Source: Candidatus Limnocylindria bacterium
GTDB lineage: Bacteria > Chloroflexota > Limnocylindria > QHBO01
Direction of reading: 5' to 3'
Assembly: GCA_050695855.1 (NCBI GenBank)
Contig: JBOGTA010000074.1
Span: 1-36,357 of the forward strand
DNA length: 36,357 nt
Shown piece after piece: positions 30,590 through 36,357 of the stretch. The stretch's first letter is position 1. Each line of letters begins with the position of its first letter. Under the pieces are notes generated by a model, which saw nothing but the letters and a program-made list of their open reading frames with translations, ran no database searches and was not told the origin of the DNA. The translations under genes were made by a program, and so were the position numbers.

Positions 30590-31585
30590 ATGAAGATTGG
30601 TATCGACCTCGGCACCGCCAACATCCTCGTCTACGTCCAGGGCAAGGGTGTCGTCCTCAATGAGCCGTCGGTGGTCGCCATCTCCGAGGACGAGAACCGC
30701 CTGGTGGCGGTCGGTGAAGAAGCCCGCGAGATGATCGGCCGCACGCCAGGGAACGTTCGGGCTATCCGGCCCATGCGCGATGGGGTCATTGCCGACTACC
30801 TCATCACTGAGGCCATGCTTCGCTACGTGATCAACAAAGTAGCCAAGGTCCGCCTCTTCCGCCCCGACGTCATGATCAGCGTGCCGTCGGGGGTGACCAG
30901 CGTAGAGAAGCGCGCCGTGCGGGACGCCGCGCTCAAGGCGGGTGCCCGCGACGCATTCCTGATCGAGGAGCCGCTGGCGGCGGCTATCGGGGCCAACGTG
31001 CCGATCAGCGGTCCGGCCGGCAACATGATCATCGACATTGGCGGCGGGACCACGGAGATCGCGGTCATCGCCCTGGGCGGGATCGTGGTGTCGGAGTCGG
31101 TGCGGGTGGGCGGCACGCGCTTCGACGAGGCCATCGCCTCGTACATCCGGCGCAAGTACAACCTCATGATCGGGGAGCGGACCGCGGAGGAGGTGAAGAT
31201 CCGGATCGGATCGGCCCTGCCGTTGGATGAGCCGCTGCAGATGGAGGTCAAGGGCCGGGACCTGATCGCCGGACTGCCGCGCACCATTCCGCTGTCCAGC
31301 GGCGAGGTGACGGAGGCCATCGAGCAGCCGCTGCAGCAGATCATCTCGGCCGTCCGCGGCGTGCTCGAGCAGACGCCACCCGAGCTGGCGAGCGACATCA
31401 TCGACAGGGGCATGGTCATGTCGGGGGGTGGGAGCCTTCTCCGCAACATCGACACCCTGCTGACCCAGGTGACCGGCATCCCCTGCCACGTCGCAGAGAA
31501 CGCGCTGAACTCGGTGGCGGTGGGGACCGGCCGAGCGCTGGAGCAATTCGGGACCTTTCGCAAGAGCCTGGTGAGCGGCTCGTGA
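30590..31585 (+). CDS. mreB: rod shape-determining actin homologue MreB
   Basis: [45 protein letters not shown] and [12 protein letters not shown] are canonical MreB motifs. Confidence 0.96.
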   Translation: MKIGIDLGTANILVYVQGKGVVLNEPSVVAISEDENRLVAVGEEAREMIGRTPGNVRAIRPMRDGVIADYLITEAMLRYVINKVAKVRLFRPDVMISVPSGVTSVEKRAVRDAALKAGARDAFLIEEPLAAAIGANVPISGPAGNMIIDIGGGTTEIAVIALGGIVVSESVRVGGTRFDEAIASYIRRKYNLMIGERTAEEVKIRIGSALPLDEPLQMEVKGRDLIAGLPRTIPLSSGEVTEAIEQPLQQIISAVRGVLEQTPPELASDIIDRGMVMSGGGSLLRNIDTLLTQVTGIPCHVAENALNSVAVGTGRALEQFGTFRKSLVSGS

Positions 31586-32340
31586 TCGCCACCGTGGCGC
31601 TCACGGCCGTGACCCATGAGGCGACCGGGACCGATGCGCGAGCGCTGGCCTTCGCGGACTTCCACTGCCACACCCGGCACAGCCGTGACTCCCGGCTGAG
31701 CGAGCAGCGCTTCGTGGAGCTCGCCCTTGAGCGGGGGCTGACCCACGTGGCGGTCACCGACCACAACACCATCGACGGGTCGGTGGCCGTGCGGCGCCGC
31801 GCCGAGGAGCTGGGCGTCGCGGATCAGCTGACCGTGATCCTCGGCGAGGAAGTGTCGAGCGCGGACGGGGAGATCGTTGGCCTGTTCATCGAGACGACGG
31901 TCCCGCCAGGGCTGAGCGCTGAGGAAACCGCGGACGCGATTCACGACCAGGGCGGGCTGGTGGCCGTACCCCACCCGTTCGACCCGTTCCGGCGCTCGCA
32001 TCTCCGCGAGGACGCGCTGGAGCGGATGGCAGCCACCGGCCGGATTGACGCGGTGGAGGTCTTCAACAGCCGCGTCACCTTGGCCCGCCACAACCAGCAG
32101 GCCGCCGAATTCGCGGCGCGCCACCAGATCCCCGGCGTGGCGTGTTCCGACTCTCATACCGTACTGGAGGTCGCTATGAGCTTCAACGCCCTGCCGGCCT
32201 TCACCAGCGCCGAGGAGCTGCGGGCGGCGCTGCCCCGCAACGAGTGGCATGGCAGCCGCACGACCAAGCTGGTCCATCTCGGCACCCGCTGGGCGGTGGC
32301 ATCCAAATGGGTGGCGCGCCGGACAAGACCGAACCGATGA
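31582..32340 (+). CDS. PHP-domain metal-dependent phosphoesterase
   Basis: It has the PHP metal-ligand motifs [31 protein letters not shown] and ACSDSHT. The GTG at 31582 overlaps the mreB stop (GTGA). An alternative GTG near 31609 is also possible. Confidence 0.8.
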   Translation: MIATVALTAVTHEATGTDARALAFADFHCHTRHSRDSRLSEQRFVELALERGLTHVAVTDHNTIDGSVAVRRRAEELGVADQLTVILGEEVSSADGEIVGLFIETTVPPGLSAEETADAIHDQGGLVAVPHPFDPFRRSHLREDALERMAATGRIDAVEVFNSRVTLARHNQQAAEFAARHQIPGVACSDSHTVLEVAMSFNALPAFTSAEELRAALPRNEWHGSRTTKLVHLGTRWAVASKWVARRTRPNR

Positions 32341-33449
32341 GCGACCAACCGCGCCACGGCCACTCGGTCTACGAGCCGAGCGAGTTCCTGGGCGCCGAGC
32401 CGACGGAGGTCATCCCCGAGAGCGAGGTTTCGCTGGCCCGGCGCTTCCTGAACGTCCGGACCGTCGGCTCGCTCGTTTTCGCCCTGATCCTCCTGTTCCT
32501 CTTCCTCCGGGTCGTGCTGAACATCAACTTCGCCGCGACCGTGGCCCTGATCCGGGACGCGAACCCCGCCCTCCTGCTGGCGGCGCTGGTCGTGTACTAC
32601 CTGACCTTTCCTCTCCGCGGCGGTCGGTGGTGGTGGATCCTGCGCAAGGTTGGGACCCGAATCCGGTACTGGGTCACGACCGAGATCCTGTTCCTGTCGT
32701 GGTTTGTGAACTGCCTGGTTCCGGCCAAGCTGGGCGACCTGTATCGGGCGTTCCTGCTGAAGGGTAACTTCGGGGGATCGGCATCGCGGACGGTGGGCAC
32801 CATCTTCGTCGAGCGCATCGCCGATGTGGTCGTCATCTTTTCGCTCGCCCTGGCGGCCGGGTTCTGGAGCTTCCGCGGCCGTCAACGCCCCGAGGTCGAC
32901 CTCATCTTCGTGCTCGGGTTCCTGCTGGTCGCGATCCTCGTCGTGCTGCTCGTCGTCCTGCGGTATGCAGGCCACCACGTCCAGCGCTTCCTGCCGGGAC
33001 GGGTGGAGGGGTTCTACACCCGCTTTCGCGAGGGGAGCACCGGGGCCCTCACTCCGCGATCGGTGGCGGCGATCGGCATCCTCACCTTCTTCATCTGGCT
33101 GGCCGAAGGCGTCCGTGTCCTCTTGGTGGTCAAGGCTCTCGACCTCCCCGACGCCCAGCTGGGCATTTCGGCCGCGGTCTTCGTGGCCCTCATCGCGGCC
33201 CTGCTGACCGCCATTCCGCTCACCCCCGCCGGCCTTGGTTTCGTGGAGGCGGGGATCATCGGTGCGCTGACCCTCTACGGCGTCAGCGGGGAGTCGGCGG
33301 TCGCCATCGCCCTCACCGATCGGGCCATCTCGATCCTCACCGTGATCGTCTTTGGCGGCCTCGACTACGTGCGCAGCCCACTCGTCAGGCGCGCCCATGC
33401 CGCCGGCCTTGGCAATCCACCAGCCCACGAGCCGCTGACCGGCACCTGA
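32337..33449 (+). CDS. UPF0104 / lysylphosphatidylglycerol-synthase-TM-region-like (flippase-like) membrane protein
   Basis: The ATG at 32337 overlaps the PHP stop (ATGA). It is a multi-TM protein. FPLRGGRWWWILR..G......VTTEILFLSWFVNCLVPAKLGDLYRAFLLK and IPLTPAGLGFVEAG are typical of the UPF0104/TIGR00374 family. Confidence 0.78.
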   Translation: MSDQPRHGHSVYEPSEFLGAEPTEVIPESEVSLARRFLNVRTVGSLVFALILLFLFLRVVLNINFAATVALIRDANPALLLAALVVYYLTFPLRGGRWWWILRKVGTRIRYWVTTEILFLSWFVNCLVPAKLGDLYRAFLLKGNFGGSASRTVGTIFVERIADVVVIFSLALAAGFWSFRGRQRPEVDLIFVLGFLLVAILVVLLVVLRYAGHHVQRFLPGRVEGFYTRFREGSTGALTPRSVAAIGILTFFIWLAEGVRVLLVVKALDLPDAQLGISAAVFVALIAALLTAIPLTPAGLGFVEAGIIGALTLYGVSGESAVAIALTDRAISILTVIVFGGLDYVRSPLVRRAHAAGLGNPPAHEPLTGT

Positions 33450-33556
33450 GCGAGGTACCTTTGTCCCATTGAGGCGGTGGGTCCCGAAAGGGATGCTGCG
33501 GGTGCGCGCACGCACCACCCGCGTTGTGGGTGGCGAGCGCCATACGAGCCTCGTGC

Positions 33557-33988
33557 ATGACGCTCCAGACGCCTCGATCCTTCAACAGCTGGCTCCGCGG
33601 CCAGCTAAAGGAAAAGAAGATGAGCCAGCGTCAGCTGGCGCTCCAGTCGGGGGTCGACCATTCGACCATTTCCCGGCTGATCAAGGGCGACCGGATGCCC
33701 TCCCTGGGGACGGCCACCAAGCTGGCCCGCGGCCTGCGCGAGATTCACGACGAGGCGGAAGGGCCCACGTACTTCGCCGGTCTCGCTGCCCGCCAGCTCC
33801 TTCCCACCAGCCGCGTGGAGTACGCCCTTCGTGGCGACGAGCTGCTGACCGAGTCCGACGTGCGCGACCTCATGCAGGCGTACATCGCCGTCCGTTCACG
33901 CCGGCTCCGCCTCGGCGCGGTGGGCAATGGGTCTTCGACCGGACCGAATGGCGACGGACCCTCCGCCCGGGAGCGAACCGGCTCCTAG
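33557..33988 (+). CDS. XRE-family helix-turn-helix transcriptional regulator
   Basis: I chose the ATG at 33557. LRGQLKEKKMSQRQLALQSGVDHSTISRLIKGDRMPSLGTATKLARGL is a classic Cro/C1-type HTH. The C-terminal half is not recognised. Confidence 0.75.
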   Translation: MTLQTPRSFNSWLRGQLKEKKMSQRQLALQSGVDHSTISRLIKGDRMPSLGTATKLARGLREIHDEAEGPTYFAGLAARQLLPTSRVEYALRGDELLTESDVRDLMQAYIAVRSRRLRLGAVGNGSSTGPNGDGPSARERTGS

Positions 33989-34026
33989 GCCCCCGGCCGC
34001 GGACCGCCGTCTGCTAGCGTGGACGC

Positions 34027-34248
34027 GTGGACGCGCCACCCGCAGCTGATCCCAGCCCGACCGATCCCAGCCAGGCCGATCAAGGCCCGCCCGAGCCTCC
34101 GGACGTTCCCGATGGCGGGGCTCCCGGGGAGGACGGCCCAACCGGCCTGGACATCGCAACCATCGGTCTGCTGGTCTTTTTCATCGCCCTGATCGGGATC
34201 GTGGCTGCCATGTTGCTGCTCCCCGTCCTGACCGGCTGCTGTCGCTGA
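34027..34248 (+). CDS. hypothetical small tail-anchored membrane protein (73 aa)
   Basis: It has a Pro/Asp-rich N-terminal half, a single C-terminal TM helix (IATIGLLVFFIALIGIVAAMLLLPVL), and ends in GCCR. The codon bias is reasonable. The GTG start lies inside an 8-nt tandem repeat (GTGGACGC x2, 34019-34034). Confidence 0.4.
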   Translation: MDAPPAADPSPTDPSQADQGPPEPPDVPDGGAPGEDGPTGLDIATIGLLVFFIALIGIVAAMLLLPVLTGCCR

Positions 34249-34297
34249 GTCGCCGCCGCCGGCTGAACAGAGCGGCTTCGCCAGGGCGGCGGGCCGG

Positions 34298-34849
34298 CTA
34301 CCGCGCGACAATCGGGTCGATCAGCCCGTGGCCGCCACCTGCGCGGCGATAGACGACGCTGACCCGTTGGGTCTGGGCGTTGAGGAAGACGAAGAAGGCC
34401 TGGCCCAGCTCGTCCATCCTGGCGATGGCGTCCTCGGGGAACATGGGCACCATGTCCAGCCGCGTGATCTCCACGATGGCCGCTTCCTCACTGGTCGTCG
34501 TTGGGCCGCCGCCTGGCTCTCCCCGGGTCAAGGGTGCGGGCACGCGGCGCGCGGTGCGAATGCGCTCCTTGGCGCGGACGACCTGCCGTTCCAGCTTGTC
34601 GATGACCGCGTCCACCGCAGCCATTGGGGTGGCCGCCGACGATGTAGAGCGGAGCGTGGCCCCGTTCGTGACCAGCGTGATCTCGGCTACATGGGCGGCA
34701 TCCGCGGCTCGGGACGCCTTGGCGGTCAGCTCCACGGTGGCGTGAGCGGGCGGTTCGGCCACGCGATCCAATCGCTGGAGCTTGCGCTCGATCCGGGCCT
34801 TGAGGCGCTGATCGAGCTGAAGGTGACGGGCGTGGAGGGTGGTCTTCAC
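34298..34849 (-). CDS. hpf: ribosome hibernation-promoting factor, long form
   Basis: I chose the GTG at 34849 (VKTTLHARHLQLDQRLKARIERKL). It has an N-terminal RaiA/YfiA domain and the C-terminal dimerisation domain (IVEITRLDMVPMFPEDAIARMDELGQAFFVFLNAQTQRVSVVYRR..GGHGLI). Confidence 0.9.
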   Translation of the reverse strand: MKTTLHARHLQLDQRLKARIERKLQRLDRVAEPPAHATVELTAKASRAADAAHVAEITLVTNGATLRSTSSAATPMAAVDAVIDKLERQVVRAKERIRTARRVPAPLTRGEPGGGPTTTSEEAAIVEITRLDMVPMFPEDAIARMDELGQAFFVFLNAQTQRVSVVYRRAGGGHGLIDPIVAR

Positions 34850-34911
34850 ACACGGTCTCCGAACGCGGGCGAACTCTACGGTAGCACCTGGGCCTCCAAC
34901 GCCACGCAGGA

Positions 34912-35580
34912 TCACACCTCACGGGCCACCGCGAAGCCGTAGACCGCCGACACGCCGCCTGCGCGAAGGATTGTCGCGCACGCCTCAAGGGTGGCCCCCG
35001 TCGTCAGGATGTCATCCACCAGCACTGCGGCGAGGGCGCCGCCCTCCGGGCCTCGTGGCTGGCTGACTGCGCTTTGCGCCATGGCCTGGCTGAGATTCAT
35101 CAGCCGGGTCGCCCGATCCAGCCCGTGCTGGCGCTGGGTGGCGCGTCGCCTGAGGAGGGCCGGCCACATGGTGAGCCCCACCCGTCGCGCGAGCTCGGCG
35201 GCCAGCAACTCGGCCTGGTTGTACCCCCGGTCGCGCTGCCGCTCGCGATGGAGCGGGACCGGGACCAGGGTGGCTGGACCGGTGACCGCCAGCAGCCGTC
35301 TCAGGGCGGGCAGCGCCAGCTCGGCAAGCGGGCCGGCCAGTCGACGTCCGCCGCCGTACTTCAGACGGCGGAGGATCCGTTGGGAGGCGTCTCGATGGGC
35401 GAATGCCGCCACGGCCAGGATGAGCGCGTCCCCGACCACGATGCTCGGGTCCGCGGCCAGAAACCGATCCGCGGTCGACGCCAACGGACGGAGGCTCCCC
35501 CGGCAGCGGGGGCAGATGGCCGCACCATACCGACCGCATCCGGCGCATGCGGGCGGCAGCAGCAGTTCCAACAAGGCCAC
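34912..35580 (-). CDS. comFC: ComF-family protein (ComFC-like phosphoribosyltransferase with N-terminal Zn finger)
   Basis: It has the N-terminal C-x2-C ... C-x2-C motif (PACAGCG...AICPRCRG) and the C-terminal PRTase loop VLVDDILTTGATL. Confidence 0.85.
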   Translation of the reverse strand: MALLELLLPPACAGCGRYGAAICPRCRGSLRPLASTADRFLAADPSIVVGDALILAVAAFAHRDASQRILRRLKYGGGRRLAGPLAELALPALRRLLAVTGPATLVPVPLHRERQRDRGYNQAELLAAELARRVGLTMWPALLRRRATQRQHGLDRATRLMNLSQAMAQSAVSQPRGPEGGALAAVLVDDILTTGATLEACATILRAGGVSAVYGFAVAREV

Positions 35581-35624
35581 GCATCAGTCTGTCGTGGCTC
35601 TGTTACCAATCTGGTACCTGTCGG

Positions 35625-36020
35625 TTACGCTCTCGTCTCGTTGGGAAGCTGCGGGGGATCAATGGGTTCCAGGGCCAAGACGTCTCCTACCTGGGTGCCA
35701 GTTAGCTGGACCGACCCGGCCGGAAGCTCCACGCAGTCGCTGGCGCCGCGGACCCAGGCCACGATCCGCCACGGTCGAAGGTTGTCGACCACCCGGACGA
35801 CCCGCCCGCCCGCATCGACGAAAACGGCATCGATCGCGAACCGCATGAAGAACATGTGGATCGAGGGGGCGCGCTCGACATAGAGGCCCTCGCCGGCAGC
35901 CAGCCCGCGCCGACCAAGGAGGCCCCGCGCCCGGTCAGCCAGTCCCGACGCGACGCGGCACCGCTCGGCGAGAGCGGTGCCGCGAGAGGTATTGACGACG
36001 CGGACGATCCGACTTCCCAT
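35625..36020 (-). CDS. DUF192 domain protein
   Basis: 131 aa. A....RGLLGRR.L..GEGL......SIHMFFMRFAIDAVFVD..GRVV ... ELPAG is the DUF192 (COG1430) pattern. Confidence 0.8.
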   Translation of the reverse strand: MGSRIVRVVNTSRGTALAERCRVASGLADRARGLLGRRGLAAGEGLYVERAPSIHMFFMRFAIDAVFVDAGGRVVRVVDNLRPWRIVAWVRGASDCVELPAGSVQLTGTQVGDVLALEPIDPPQLPNETRA

Positions 36021-36047
36021 GGCCGCATCCTACGCGGCCACCAGGGG

Positions 36048-36357
36048 TTACTTGATGAGCTGGATGCCCACCGCCGCGTTGGGATCCACCGCGCCCGAGC
36101 CCGGCCCCACCGTGCCGGTGGTCACGAAGCGAATGAACATGCCTCTGAGACAGCTCGTCGCCCCATTGCCGTTCTCCTCACAGTCGGCCGTATTGGAGCC
36201 GCTGATGAATGCGCCCTGGGGGTCTTCAAACAGGAACGAGACGAAGCGGTCGATGTGGTACCACTGGTTCTGGCCGCTGCCTCCGACGTTGCCGGGCGGG
36301 CAGCGCTCCACGTCGCTGACCCCCGGGCTTGGCGGGTCTGGCTCGGTGTTACAGGTC
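36048..36357 (-). CDS. hypothetical Cys-containing (probably secreted) protein, C-terminal part; gene starts beyond the right edge
   Basis: The frame is open from 36357 down to the TAA at 36050-36048. The track's GTG at 36311 is internal. The sequence reads ...TCNTEPDPPSPGVSDVERCPPGNVGGSGQNQWYHIDRFVSFLFEDPQGAFISGSNTADCEENGNGATSCLRGMFIRFVTTGTVGPGSGAVDPNAAVGIQLIK. No family is recognised with certainty. Confidence 0.5.
   Translation of the reverse strand, partial: TCNTEPDPPSPGVSDVERCPPGNVGGSGQNQWYHIDRFVSFLFEDPQGAFISGSNTADCEENGNGATSCLRGMFIRFVTTGTVGPGSGAVDPNAAVGIQLIK

Noticed and set aside
29537-31546. 669-aa minus-strand ORF antisense to murA and mreB. Similar long antisense ORFs occur at 4530..6311(+), 14550..15947(-), 15572..16609(-), 20355..21701(-), 23791..25233(-), 25878..26870(-), 30823..32277(-) and 32154..33518(-)
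   Set aside because: All of them overlap strongly supported housekeeping genes on the opposite strand, have Arg/Pro/Gly/Asp-dominated compositions and carry no family motifs. They are stop-codon-poor frames of GC-rich DNA rather than genes.
34249-34297. Possible bidirectional terminator between the convergent small membrane ORF and hpf (CCGCCGCC 34253-34260 pairing with GGCGGCGG 34285-34292)
   Set aside because: The loop is long (24 nt), no U or A tracts flank the stem, and such G/C complementarity is common by chance at this GC content.

Overview
This is a high-GC bacterial chromosomal core region. I call about 47 protein-coding genes and find no rRNA, tRNA, CRISPR array, transposase or integrase. 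Adjacent genes very often share 1-14 nt stop/start overlaps (ATGA, GTGA), which suggests long, tightly coupled operons.

Gene order, left to right:
- Minus strand: an F420-type LLM oxidoreductase fragment, prs, gyrA, a DUF4287 gene, gyrB, parB and parA.
- A roughly 280-bp divergent intergenic region that carries one perfect consensus parS.
- Plus strand: mreD-mrdA-rodA.
- Minus strand: an AI-2E family transporter.
- Plus strand: a DUF2344-like gene, rplU-rpmA-rpmE, DUF1385-prfA-prmC-tsaC-rpiB, an aconitase-X (DUF521/DUF126) pair, and glyA.
- Plus strand, continued: a complete F1Fo ATP synthase operon (two AtpZ-like genes followed by atpBEFHAGDC), two orphan small ORFs, murA, and mreB-PHP-UPF0104.
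- Plus strand, continued: an XRE regulator and a small tail-anchored membrane ORF.
- Minus strand: hpf, comFC, DUF192 and a partial Cys-containing protein.

The backbone from rpmE to mreB matches the synteny seen in both Firmicutes and Actinobacteria. I see no defence island or mobile element, so most of the window is ordinary housekeeping DNA.

The best candidates for undescribed biology are:
- mreB followed closely or overlapped by a PHP phosphoesterase and a UPF0104 flippase-like protein where mreC/mreD would normally sit.
- parAB fused directly to gyrB-DUF4287-gyrA, with no dnaA, dnaN or recF in the window.
- An aconitase-X pair wedged between rpiB and glyA, possibly starting at a CTG codon.
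- Two orphan ORFs between atpC and murA, one of them with a CxxC...FCSxxH motif.
- Charged low-complexity C-terminal tails on L21, AtpA and Prs.

Two substitutions that predict intrinsic drug resistance are directly visible: MurA Asp117 and GyrA Val83. All functional calls rest on reading motifs by eye. No database search was run.
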